In this document: positions 35,733 through 47,545 of the stretch, piece by piece | Position numbering within the stretch: position 1 is the stretch's first letter | How the letters are laid out: the number at the start of each line of letters is the position of its first letter | From: Minutocellus sp. GHC0000111 | Taxonomy: Eukaryota | Length of the DNA: 64,000 bases | Direction of reading: 5' to 3' | Assembly: GCA_977018835.1 (NCBI GenBank) | Contig: OZ361261.1 | Coordinates: forward strand, 930,001-994,000 | Program-made: the position numbers and the translations under genes | The notes under the pieces: generated by a model | What the model was told of the DNA's origin: nothing | The model's database searches: none | The model's input: only the letters and a program-made list of their open reading frames with translations

Positions 35733-37007
35733 TTATGTTTCCGCGCTTCCCTCCTTGGGATCAAAAAAGAGCGGCTTCTTAACAATACCTCGGTCAATCA
35801 AATCTTGCTGTTTTTGCCGTTCTCGAAAGCGCTCCAGCTGTTTGTCAGTGAGGTCGCCTCGACAATGCTTACAACAGACGCCTTGGACGTAGTCATTCCC
35901 TGCCCTGTCGAATGCCGATACAGGCCGACGGCATCCGTGACAAGCTGAGTATTTATCCGAAGGAACCAAACCATGTTTGACGCTAACTCGTTGATCAAAA
36001 ACGAAGCATTCACCTTTCCAAAGAGATTCTTCTTCTGGCACATTCGCCAAATAAGCTAAAATTCCACCCTCTAAATGATAGATCGGCACGTCGTCTGGAA
36101 AGAGCTTGCGTGACAAAACAAAGCTTGTGGACTTCTCGCACCTAATGCCTCCAGTACAGAACATGGCCACCGCCTTGGGTTTGAGATTCAAGTGAATTGG
36201 CTCCTGCTGATTTTGTGATTCATCACCAACCTGTGGCATGCTTACCAGCTCTGACGTATCACTCTTGCCATCTCGTTCGTCCTTGATCCCGTCAGCGAAT
36301 TGCTGCATCCAGTCGGGAAACTCCGTGAAGGAAAAAGTATCCGGATCGACCGCATTGACAAACGTACCGATTTCAGTTTCATAGCGATTTCTCGTATCAA
36401 TCACCACGACATCTGGATCTAATAGCAAATCATCCCACTCTTTTCCTGGCTTCACATACGTTCCTACCGCCTCTGTTGGGTCTACAGAAGAATTGCCGCC
36501 GCTGCAAGCGCAGCAATCATTTTCTTTCGGGGCATTGGAAGTCTGCCCAGCAGTATCAGCAGGGCGGTCACATCCAATTGTCACAATCTCATTCTTCTGC
36601 TTGATTTTGAGCCTATGAAAGACGTGACCTCCGTTGGATTGGCTTGTCCTCGTTCGCAACCCGCCAAAGTATTTGTGCGATTGCAAATACTGCAGGACTG
36701 CATCGTGCTTATTAGCATCGTCGCCATCGCCAGTATTGTTTTCGAAGACCTGAGGCAGGGGATAGGATATCGTCCCATTGATGCCTTCCGGCGCTAGCAA
36801 TATGGTCCCTCTTGCGTTGGCCGACCGCAGCGTCGTCTCAACCTCCGCTTTGAGACTTGGAAGTTCGGTCGCAGGTATTTTGACAAACTTGTAAAGGGCC
36901 AAAATCCTAAAGGGAGGACGATTAGCAATGGTAGAGGCGGAAGTCGGGCCAGCGGCACCTGAATCATCGACGCATGAGCTGCTCTCTGCTGACATGGTGC
37001 TGGTCAT
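35733..37007 (-). CDS. trhO: UPF0176 rhodanese protein, TrhO-like tRNA U34 hydroxylase
   Basis: RGTILLAPEGINGT, IDTRNRYE, MFCTGGIRCEK, HLEGGILAYL, WKGECFVFDQR, RFRERQKQ. Confidence 0.85.
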   Translation of the reverse strand: MTSTMSAESSSCVDDSGAAGPTSASTIANRPPFRILALYKFVKIPATELPSLKAEVETTLRSANARGTILLAPEGINGTISYPLPQVFENNTGDGDDANKHDAVLQYLQSHKYFGGLRTRTSQSNGGHVFHRLKIKQKNEIVTIGCDRPADTAGQTSNAPKENDCCACSGGNSSVDPTEAVGTYVKPGKEWDDLLLDPDVVVIDTRNRYETEIGTFVNAVDPDTFSFTEFPDWMQQFADGIKDERDGKSDTSELVSMPQVGDESQNQQEPIHLNLKPKAVAMFCTGGIRCEKSTSFVLSRKLFPDDVPIYHLEGGILAYLANVPEEESLWKGECFVFDQRVSVKHGLVPSDKYSACHGCRRPVSAFDRAGNDYVQGVCCKHCRGDLTDKQLERFRERQKQQDLIDRGIVKKPLFFDPKEGSAET

Positions 37008-37152
37008 GCTGCATGGTTATTGAACCAAGTTCTGACTGCGTTGCATGCAGTAGCAGCATTAGCATAGCAGTGTGTGGATGGGTCGAGACGGCGGTCCGAC
37101 CTTCGTGCGTCAGTTCGCTGCAACACCCCTCATTTTTTTCCCCACACGCAAC

Positions 37153-38704
37153 ATGGCCAGCAACAACGGCACCGCTGCCAACAAGCGATCCCTTCCCCAC
37201 GAGGCGGATATATCCGAACATCAGCCTGCCACGTCTAAACAGCCGCGGGTCAGCAGTAGCCAAGAGGAATCGTCAGCCCTGGAGGCCATCCTTGCTGGGG
37301 ACGCTGATGACAACACGATATCCTCCTTCTTTGAGAGGACTTGGCAGGTCGCACCCCGAGTATATCGCCGGAACAAGACAGAAGATGCTAGTTGCCCTTT
37401 AACGAGGGCTGTCAATCTCGGTTGGGACGGTTTGGCCTCTCTACTTGAGCGATCAAGGAAAAGATTTGAAAGCCTCAACAATACTGATGGTGATGATGAA
37501 AGCCCGACGACGGCAGCTGCAGCTGCTGCTGGAACGCTGGATCCGCCCCTCTTCTTTCGCAACCAAATGCCAGTTCAATTACCCGAAGTCCAATCTATGT
37601 ACAACGCGAATCCATTTGCGGCATATCTGGACGGTTGCTCTGTTGTGCTCAATCATGCCGATCAATTGTGCCCGCAGTTGGCGGCACTGTGTGAGGATTT
37701 GCAACAGTCATTTCCACATTGCTATTGCAACGGATATCTCACCCCTCCGGGAGCTCAGGCCGTTCCACCGCATGCCGACGATCGTGATGTTTTTGTCGTC
37801 CAACTATTGGGTGAAAAAATGTGGAAGGTGTACAAAAATGTACCCATTGCCTACCCTTATCCACACGAACAAGTTGGCAAGGGTGGATTGGATGTCCCAC
37901 CTGAAACCTTGGAGGGAGCAACTGCAATCGAAACAACGTTGCGACAAGGAGATGTTCTTTACATGCCAAGAGGGTGGATTCACGAGGCAAAAACTGAATC
38001 TAACCAACCATCTTTTCATGCCACCGTTGCCATTGCTACACATGATTGGACTTTGGCGGGGAACATGACCGAGATTATATCGCGAACGCTTGCGTCAAAT
38101 CCAGAACTGAGATTGGCAGTAGATCGTCGTGTGGGGAGTGCTAGTGGGGGAACAGAACCCAGCTCTGCAAGCGGCGGATGTGATTTATCGTCGCTTCAAT
38201 CTCAGATTGACAATGCAATTGAAGAGATACAAAAACAAGTTACAGCCCAAAAAACTGCTTCGCAGCTGGGAATCACAGAGGAAAATGTGTCGAGGTGCTC
38301 GTATGGCACTCATTGAAAATGATCAGACTGGCCAGACAACAAGCGAAGAAAACAATAAAGCTGTAGTGGGACCGGGGGCATCGCGTCGGGTGTTCATGGG
38401 AACAACTGTTAGAGCAGCTACAGATGAGGAGAGAGCGAGTGTCAGACCACCGCCCCGTCCAGCTGGTGCGGCTGATGCAGCCTCCGATCGTGGCCTCACC
38501 GTGCGCGAAGAAACATCCCTCGCACTAATGACCATTGTTCAGCGCTTGAAACAAGACAGATCACTCAAAGTAAAGGTATCGGATATGCGCTCTCTTGTTG
38601 AAGAGGGCAATGTCGATGAATCAGGCACAAAAATGGTTTGTACATTATCAATTATGGCTTTTATTCGAGCCGCTGTCGAGCTCGGCGCTGTCGCGGTAGT
38701 CTGA
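37153..38704 (+). CDS. JmjC/cupin_4 oxygenase (ROXA/NO66-like)
   Basis: NGYLTP, PHADDRDVFVVQLLGEKMW, GDVLYMPRGWIHEA (HxD..H); frameshift near 38270. Confidence 0.82.
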
Positions 38705-38936
38705 TTTTTTTAAGAACTTCATTTCAATTTATCTCTTTAACACTGACTTATTAGGGCCCATAGGAACAAATAAATGCGTGGCTTGGGTGCTTGTTGCGGG
38801 TCTAATTTCTTTCGGGGGTAACAACAACACCTCTTTCTTGTGAGAGAACCTTCTGCGAAAATATATTCTCGCATAAATAAATCGGAAAAGATTGATTCAA
38901 CAGGAGGAACATATAATGGGAGTGCAAAGGTAGAAT

Positions 38937-39689
38937 TTAAGGGTCGTCGTTGGAGAGAGATCCAAAATTGCGATTATTGCCGATTTCATTGGGGGTAAGT
39001 TCGGCGGGCTCAAGGTCAAAAGTGTTCTTGTCGTCAGATAGGGGTAGGATATTGCTGGAAGTTCCCACGCCATCACCACTTCTGGCGTCTCTTTCGTTGC
39101 CGTCACTCTTCTTGTCGTTGCTATCTTCGCGCAGCAACTCATCGAGGCTAATGGTGGTAGAACCTTTTCCTCTAGAAGAAATGCCTTTTCCACTGCTTGG
39201 GGTTCCTCCCTTGCCGAGGCTGGAGGCGCCCTTTCCACCCGTCGCAGGCCTAGTTGTAGAAAGACCAGTGTCGACGACGGTACCAGTAGTATTTTCGTCA
39301 AAGTCATTCGCAGATCCCTGGCCGTAAGAACCTTTCCCTCCAGATCCAGTGGATCTAGAGATTACATCGCCGGATCCGTCGTCACTTGAATGGCTTGTTT
39401 CGGTTCCTCCCTTGCCTGAAGAGACGGATCCCTTCCCGGGCTGTAGATGACGTCGGGCTTTCTGGTATGATAGATTCGAATAAAATGTTAGCCAAAAGAA
39501 AATAATGCAGGTGGTTAGATTCGATACCGAGGTACTTTGCTTCCAATTGAATAGCAAAAGTGGGATTTCATTTCATCTTACCGTTACCATTCCATCGCGG
39601 GTGCCTGGGCGTGTGCGCAATGTAGCGGCTTCACCTGGGCGGAGCAGATTGAAAGTGGCAAAGAGGAGGGAAATGAGCTGGAACTTCAT
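38937..39689 (-). CDS. Small secreted Gly/Ser/Lys-rich protein with an RXL site
   Basis: Exon 1 MKFQLISLLFATFNLL.. (39689-39582), intron 39581-39462, exon 2 KARRHLQPGKGSVSSGKGG..; repeated GKG. Confidence 0.6.
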
Positions 39690-40332
39690 TCTGGGCGGCT
39701 ATATCTACTAGGTTTGTCGAAGGAAGATATTAGAGTTCGTCTCGTTGGAATACGTTTGTCCAAGTTGGTTGGATAATTATGAGATTATCCGCATTTTGGC
39801 GCTTTGGTGCACTGCATTCATCATACAAGCGCGGCTTGTATAATGGTCGTGAGTCGAGTATGTGCCACTCCAATATGCCCCTATCTGTATGCTTATCTCA
39901 ACGCTAAATATCATGCAGAACATTCTTATGCCTCTTTCTTTTCATCGAAGCGCCAGGAAAGAGTAACGTTATTGTCGTTGGTTCTTTATTTTCCCTCTTT
40001 GCCTAGTTAATGCCACGCCATGTAAAGAGGGTTCGGCCTTTGTCCTCAGTTTGGTGTGAGAAAGCTCAACTCCGCATAATAGTCTATCAACATTGCAACA
40101 TACAATCTTTCTCATCTACACACGACACGCACCTCCGACCGTCAGATCGAAAGAAGACATGAGTCTAGCACGCATATCAGGAGAAGAATGCTAGACGAAT
40201 CAATTGTTCTTATTGAGTGGTCTATAATCTTTCGTAACGCTTCGTTTAATTAAATTTTATTCTTTATCTCCCAATTCTTTTGGCTGGACGTGGAATTTCT
40301 GCTAACTAGATCTAGAGTGCATGCCGTGCCTG

Positions 40333-42927
40333 CTAGAGGTCAAATTCTGTCGGTGAGACCGGGACAATGTCCCCACGTCTATTGTAGACATCGCCCCTAT
40401 TAGACGAACGGTCATTGCGATATCCGTGGTGAAAGTCATGAACAACATCCATGGTGCCGCCAATGGATTCGTCAACCTCAAAGACTGGCGTCGAATCATA
40501 ATGAACACGGCGTCGCTGCAGGAATAGAGCAATCAATGCTACAATGATAACAGCTCCACCGGCGATACCTAAAATCATGCCAATGAATCCCACTCGCCGC
40601 TCTCGGCCGGTTGGAGTGCCGGGCTCAAAGCCATCGCCTCCACCATTTGGTTGCTCGAGATTATCAGGGGCACCGGTCAACTCGACACCAGCAACCGATT
40701 CGATGGCCGCAAAGGCGTTGACTCCCAGGGCGTCCTCAGCATTGTTCTGGAGAAGGGAAATGTAAGAGGAAATCCCTTCCGAAGACTCGAACGGAGAGGA
40801 AAGACCTTCGGCAAGGCTCAAACCAGATGCTTCGATGGATTCTGCGACCTTTGCAGCAGCTGATTCGGTGACGAAACGCTGTTTGTATTTAATGACGTTC
40901 GTCGCGCTTGATAGTAGGCGACGAGTTGAAGAAGATTCAACGACATTCTGAGAAACAATGACCGTCTCAACATTGTCCGATCCGTCGAGGTCATAGAAAG
41001 AGGAAACAAACGAGCTGGTACTGTCTTGCCAAATCAGCATCTCTTCCTCTGATAGAGTCCCAACGCCAATGAGATTCATCGACAAATTGTGGAAGCTGGT
41101 ACTGCCAGAATCGGACGCAGGCTTATCGTGGCACGAATCGAAGAGCGATCGCCATTCGCAGTCAAGGGGGGAGTCTAGACAGGCAGTCTCGGTGACTTCG
41201 ACGATGCAACCAGTGGATGTAGAATTGGTCGATTCGCCAGTTGTGAGGAGGCGGTGGCCTAGATTTGGAGAGTGCGAAGGAATTCTAACAAAGACAGGGC
41301 GAGTACCATACAGCGTGGCATCACTGAAGGAAAGATTCTCATCCGACAAATTGCGACTCTCGAGAAAAGCCGCGTATGCCATCGCACCTGGGGCGGCAGG
41401 CGAATCGACGACAGACCGATCGGTGGTTGGTCCAAGGAAGCTAGCGCCACTCAAAAGGTGGCGACCGTCGGCACCGTGAATTTCCTTCCAGATAGAACAC
41501 ATCTCCTGCACGTAATGAGTAACGTAAACCATGTCGTGATCCTGGATCACCTTCTCGTAGGTAGGGGAGAAAGACTGGGCGTGCTCCATATTATTGACAC
41601 ATGAGGGATACTTGAAGCAGTACTCTTCTGTAGCAGGAGCGAATGGCACAACCAATCTCCCATCATTGGTCATCATTGGTGAGGTGTTACGTCGAATCCG
41701 GTGGTAGCTGTTAGTGAGCATAAAGTGCCCGGTTGGAACCAAATCTGTCGCGGTACAGAGGTCCATGTAATCAAATTCACCATCTTGGCGACGGTAAAAG
41801 GTGAATGGAATGGGAAGCTCAATGTCGCGGTCAGGGACGTTGGAGTCATGGGGGGTCACTACGAGAATGTTTGAGAAGGGGTGGGATCCGTCTTCCAAAT
41901 GGGACAAAAGGAAGGAAGCGTCGGGATCATCCCATGCGCTAACGACAAGCGTGAGGTCATCGCTGCTACCATTATCGTCACTCCAGGGCTCAAGCATGTT
42001 TGCACCATGGACAACGATGGCATCGGGTGGAATATGGCGTGGGAGAATGTTGGTGGAAGCAAAATTGGCGATCGTATCGGTCTCTTTGATGCCCGTGTAG
42101 TTTTTGGTAAAAGTCAGCTGAGAAATTCGAAGGTCGTATGGGGTGGAACCATCTGCTTCGCTCTCAAGCTTCTCAACAATGGAAGGTAAAAGGCTATTCT
42201 CGGTAAGATTGTAAATTGCATTGCCATTGATGTGTTGCACCAGCGACTTGTCGAGGGAACCTAGGAAGGGATCCCACTTGTCGCCCTTGAAGATCGACCC
42301 AAGAATATCGAACGGGCGGTGATTCTCAACGTCGGAGAGGAGAGAATCGAGCCAGGCATCGGCGACGGGGACCGAGTCACCTTCCATCAGATACATTGCG
42401 TCATAATCCATAGTCTGAATCAATCGGATTGTCCGTTCAAAGTGGCGGTTTGGACCATTTACCCAGAGAGAATTGTGCCCCTGAGCGCTGGGGTCGTAAA
42501 TGTCGAGCTTGGGGTCGATGCCGGCGCTCAACGCACGAATCTGACCAATGCAGCCATTCCACCCATTGGTGCGCTCAAAGATTTCCTCGACGGCGGAGAC
42601 CGCCTCCTGGCCCTCCGGAGATAGATCAATCGATTGGCTGTAGACAAGAAATAAATCCGCCCGGGATCCGACAATAACGGAAGGCTTCTTATCGTCATCG
42701 CCCTCGTTGGCGGCACAGGGTGGAAAAACTTCCCATACATCGAACGAAGCAGCAAGCTCTTCAACATCACCGGCACTGAAGGGACGGGCAATGGCAAAGT
42801 TTGTGAGGTTGGGTGCAGTAGCTGTCGTTGGCGCCGATACAATGCTCGAAGAGGCGCCGGTGATGATGACCAGTAGGATGGCAGTGAAGGTGGACCAAGA
42901 ATATGTCTTTATCTCAAAAATCGGCAA
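40333..42927 (-). CDS. Type I membrane protein with an uncharacterised lumenal (possibly glycosyltransferase-like) domain
   Basis: 864-aa ORF; N-terminal hydrophobic segment; WVNGPN, LMEGDSVP, HINGNAIY motifs; C-terminal TM helix followed by RRR; exact start uncertain. Confidence 0.6.
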   Translation of the reverse strand: MPIFEIKTYSWSTFTAILLVIITGASSSIVSAPTTATAPNLTNFAIARPFSAGDVEELAASFDVWEVFPPCAANEGDDDKKPSVIVGSRADLFLVYSQSIDLSPEGQEAVSAVEEIFERTNGWNGCIGQIRALSAGIDPKLDIYDPSAQGHNSLWVNGPNRHFERTIRLIQTMDYDAMYLMEGDSVPVADAWLDSLLSDVENHRPFDILGSIFKGDKWDPFLGSLDKSLVQHINGNAIYNLTENSLLPSIVEKLESEADGSTPYDLRISQLTFTKNYTGIKETDTIANFASTNILPRHIPPDAIVVHGANMLEPWSDDNGSSDDLTLVVSAWDDPDASFLLSHLEDGSHPFSNILVVTPHDSNVPDRDIELPIPFTFYRRQDGEFDYMDLCTATDLVPTGHFMLTNSYHRIRRNTSPMMTNDGRLVVPFAPATEEYCFKYPSCVNNMEHAQSFSPTYEKVIQDHDMVYVTHYVQEMCSIWKEIHGADGRHLLSGASFLGPTTDRSVVDSPAAPGAMAYAAFLESRNLSDENLSFSDATLYGTRPVFVRIPSHSPNLGHRLLTTGESTNSTSTGCIVEVTETACLDSPLDCEWRSLFDSCHDKPASDSGSTSFHNLSMNLIGVGTLSEEEMLIWQDSTSSFVSSFYDLDGSDNVETVIVSQNVVESSSTRRLLSSATNVIKYKQRFVTESAAAKVAESIEASGLSLAEGLSSPFESSEGISSYISLLQNNAEDALGVNAFAAIESVAGVELTGAPDNLEQPNGGGDGFEPGTPTGRERRVGFIGMILGIAGGAVIIVALIALFLQRRRVHYDSTPVFEVDESIGGTMDVVHDFHHGYRNDRSSNRGDVYNRRGDIVPVSPTEFDL

Positions 42928-43453
42928 GGGTAAAAGCTAGATTCGACCTATTCAATTGGGTACCAGAAACTGACATTATATGATACCTTCAAGTCGCCAG
43001 AAAACATCTTGATGCAGCACCAGATGCGACTTTGTCGCATTCAATCGCTTTCATCGGTCATCATGAGTCAATTGGGGCAAAGCGAAGGAAATTCAAATTT
43101 GATGTATTTTGACCGATGAATGACCCAAAGCAAATAGTGCTCGCTCTTTTCAACATTTTTTGTGAACAAAGCACATCCCGAAAGAGGTCAATATGTTATG
43201 TGTCACTGCTAGTCTAGTTGCTAGTACGTGATACTACAAAAAAGAGCGAAGACAGGAAGCTATCGATTTTGCTCAGCTGGACTTGGGCAGATCTGAATAC
43301 AACCGGCCTCAAAACACAAAATGATCACGAATGAAAGGCAAAGCCGGAAAAGGGCGCACCATACCTAGGTACATCATAGAGCACTAGGCAACAACGGTCG
43401 AATTGACACATTGTCCCACCATAGTAGTAACTCTGCCATTACTAGCCGCAGCC

Positions 43454-46400
43454 CTATATCTCTTCAAAAAGATACTCTCGAATCTCTAGTTCTCGGATGA
43501 GCTTCGTTAGATCCAAACGCTTTTGACTGATTGACTTCTGATCGAACCAATTGTTCCCAAAGGGACCGTCCTTCACAACCCCCTTTCGCTCGATGAATTC
43601 AGCATCGATGTTGGGAGGGTTGGCCAGAACACGTTCAATGAATTCAAGTGTGTAGACTCCGCAATCCTTCGCATTGTCCTGCTGTGGAATAGGCGGTGAA
43701 ATACCTGGCAGAGTTTTGGCAGTGATACTACATTGAGGGAACTCTTCTGTTTTGGTTGCCTCATAGCATGCAGCGAGATACTTGCGAATGTGCTTGAAGA
43801 TCGTTCCCGATCGGTGGAGTTTGAAGTGCTTGCCCGAATCGAAGTGGATGAGGCACGGGGCCAGTGATGTATTGGATTCTTTCGACGTGGCGGGCACAGT
43901 AGTCGTTGAAATGCACTCGATATCAGCAGGGACAGTCGTCGCTTCTTGTGTAGTTAACCCATCCGTCCCTGGGCATTCCTCGTTTAGAATTCTAACCTCA
44001 GACTCTATCTCGGCAGCATCAATCTCCATTTTTGCTCCGCTGCCGGGCACTTCAGCCACAGCTGCACCTTCCTTTTCTTCGTCACAGCTGGGCAGTTGCT
44101 GACCAGAAGTTCGTTCTTCGCCATAGGCAGATTCCAATCTTGAAACGGTACCAACATCACCCCTTGCCCCGCCTGCGTCTGAAACTGCTTCTACGTCGGT
44201 GCCTGCCGGTGCCGGTGCCGGTGCTGCATCAGATGCCTTCTTCTTTCTTGGAACCGGCGGCGGTGGAATGATCTTCAATGCATCTCCGGGATTCGCTGCC
44301 AGGACGAAGGTCCAATGCAAATCGTAATTGATGGGAAATATCAAGAATTGTTTTTTGAAGATATCGACGCCCTTGGTCCAACCCTTGACATCCTGATAGA
44401 GCTTCTTTCGTGCAACCTTGGTGTCTTTGTATGCTGTGCCCCCATTTTGCAGGTGACTAATTCGGGAGTAGAAGTATGTCGGAAACACATGAAAGTCATC
44501 AACGCTGAGAGTACTTCCCGTCGCAGACAAATTTTCCATGATCATGTATTTGATGTAAAAGTTGATCAAAGAGTCGTTGAGGTAGGTAAGGGGCCTATTT
44601 ATTTGTAGTGCGGAGGAGTGCAAAATAGATTTGGAGGAAAAGGTCAAGATCGATACTGGTGTGAGGTAGATGATTAGACTTGATCAACACAACAACAACA
44701 ATGTAGGGACATAGATAAATTGAAACAGAGTAGAAATACCATGAAAAGTCAACATACCAAAGGCGCAGCAAATCCATTTTGTTCAGAGTAATGTTGCGGT
44801 ACGTGAGAATGCGCTTTTCTGTGTACTCTGATCCTTCAATGACACTTATCTCAGTGGATGGAATGTGCGCAAAGCCATATCGGAAGGCGATGACATACAT
44901 AAGAATGGGAGCAACCAGAAGCTGTTCGTTCTCCGGAAATCGATCCACTCTGGAACTGACCACCTTTCCGGGACCATATCTTGTTAGAACAAAATCGCCA
45001 ACGTGAAATGCAGGGACTGGGTCGGGCAGTGCGACGGGAAGGGGCCCAATGAGCCGAGTGGGAGGGGTGGGGGGAGACGGAGAGTCGTCTATCAAGGTTA
45101 CAACTTCATCAACATCGTATCCCACCTTGGACGGCTGATCGCCGCTAGGCTGAGCATCCTGAACCTCTTCAATTTCCATACACTCTTTCTTCTCCTCCTC
45201 ATGAGTTTCATCTTCCTCTTCATCACTGCTATCCAAGAGGTCAATAACCTCGTCCTGCTTCGGTGGTGGCAGCGGAGGCGGAACAGTGGATTTGGCGGAG
45301 GCCCCGGACACATCAATGACCTCGGCCTTTCTCCGTCTCTTGGCAGGGCCCGAGTCGAAACTTTCTACAGGATGCGACCTTTTGCTGCCAGACCCTCCAG
45401 TGGCACCACCCGCCAGATCCATCGGGGGAGGAGGTTGAATGACTACCTTGCGGCAGTACGTCACATATATCGGGTAGTTGTGGTCATGCTTGATACAATC
45501 TCCGAACAATTGTATTTGCTCCTTGATTGAGGTTGAAATACATCGTCGAAGGCCATTAATCTGATAGGCGTAGCTCTTCGCTGGCGACTGGACGCGAACG
45601 CTTTCGATATAGTCCCCTTCTCGGATGGCACCAAACAGTGCGCACCTCAGTGAGGTCCTGTTGATCCTTTGCTTGAACATCTCTGTGTCATTGAAGATCC
45701 CAGCTTCGAGAGCTGCGGCGATGGTGCTATCGATGGTGCCAAACACTGAAGGAGGGGGTAAGGTCCCAAAGGGAGAGTCTTGATTGTCGTTCGCATCACC
45801 AGCTGCGTTGGATTTATGAGGATCAACGGACTCCATCTCCGTGTCTGCGTCCTCTACAGGTACATCATCTGCGCTTCCCCTTCTGGCATATTCATCTTCG
45901 CACCATTTTCTCCATCTGCGTATGTTGTCGGCAACGATTAGCACGGGCGATCCAGGCATAATTGTTAGGCGCTTCGCTACATTCTTTTTGGCTCGTGCGG
46001 ATGCCGGTGCTGGGGCTGGCACAGCGGCAGCTGCGGCGGCTGCAGCCACACGACGGGATGATCTTTGGTTTGTAACTGGTACCTCCGGTGCATCATCCTT
46101 CACGACAACACAATCCCCATCTTTGTTCAAAGGTGATACATCCTTAGTTTTGACCGTCTTGTGGGTTTCATCGGCATCTACGATTGCGACCTCTGCAGTA
46201 TCTTCCCCACTTTTCTGACCAGAAGCTTTCGCAGTGGGAGCAGTACTAGTAGCAGTAGTGGCAGTCGCAGCCGTCGCCACCGCCAAGGACTTTCCGTTCA
46301 ACACGACGACATCTTCATCGACCACCACATCGGCCGCGCCCGTATCCTTCATCAAAATCGCCCTCTCGGCATCATTTTTGGATAATAGCGCCGCCAGACA

Positions 46401-47003
46401 CTGGGCATCCTCTCCCTGGACCTTGGCAGCCTTGGTAAGTCGGATGGCATCCCGAACTGCAGCCATGGTGGCTGCCTCGGCCATATCGGCGGCCTCCTGC
46501 TCCATAGCAGCGGCCTCCTCCTCCTTCGTCTTGGTTGCATGCACGGGTTTTGCATCGGACGTGCCGATTTGTGGACTGCTTTGTACCATAATTGAACCAG
46601 AAGAGTCACATTCAGCCGCAGATGACGATGATGATTGTTCCTGCGAAGCGGCCGTTTGGATCGACGGTGCGAGTAGCTGCTGCGGCTGAGGACCCTTTGA
46701 CTGAACTTCAGCACGACCGGCAGCAGTTTGCATACCACTCTCCACATCACCGCCCATCTTGGCTCCAGCATGTGCTGCTGCGCCTTCTTCCTGTTGCTTT
46801 TGCCGTTGCTTCTCCGCCGCTTCCCGCAAGGCCTTCTTCCGGGCCTCATTCTCCTTATGCCTCCTCGCCAGCTCGTAAATGTCGCCACCCTCGGGAACCG
46901 ACTGGATGAGAAACCCCAACTTCTCCTCTCTACGATCGAGTCGAATGGTGTACCGCTGCAGCACCGTCCGAGGCGCTGGCGGCTTTCGTTGCCTCGGTGG
47001 CAT
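43454..47003 (-). CDS. Ulp1/SENP SUMO protease (peptidase C48)
   Basis: Intron 44757-44595; YLNDSLINFY, FPINYDLHW, HFDS, PQQDNAKDCG (His-Asp-Cys triad). Confidence 0.88.
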
Positions 47004-47545
47004 GATGACTGCTGGCCAAATAAATATGAATGAGGCGAGGAGACGCAAGTGTTGGGGAAGGGGCGCACAAACACAAGATACGCTCTGTTTTCCGCCGAAC
47101 AGTCGGGAAAGGTTTCAACCAAGGGCGCCAGGGACTCGCTCTCAAGATACTCGATGCTCTATTGTATTGCCACGGCAGCGAAGGGCGTGGGGTTACCTAC
47201 TACCTCGCCGTCGCCTTCGTGAGAGTGGGGGGGACGAGGTGGTGCTGGTGGCTGCATTTTTGAAGCCGTCACGAGCAGCCGGCCGACCCCTTGCGAAGAT
47301 TTTGGGCTTCCCGCAAACCGCCAGCTATTCGTTCTTCGCCGATTGAATGAATCAGCTGAAGGGGATGAGGGCAGCAAGCATCGTCGTTCGGTAAATTCAC
47401 TTGCACAATAGATCTACATACAACGTTCTGTACCTAGGTAGGGAGATAATTCTATTACATCGTACGCAGCAGCAATTCCTCGCCTATCGTACTTTAAATG
47501 TGTATTTTTTCTAAACTTTTGTACATAGCATAGCAATCAGGGATC

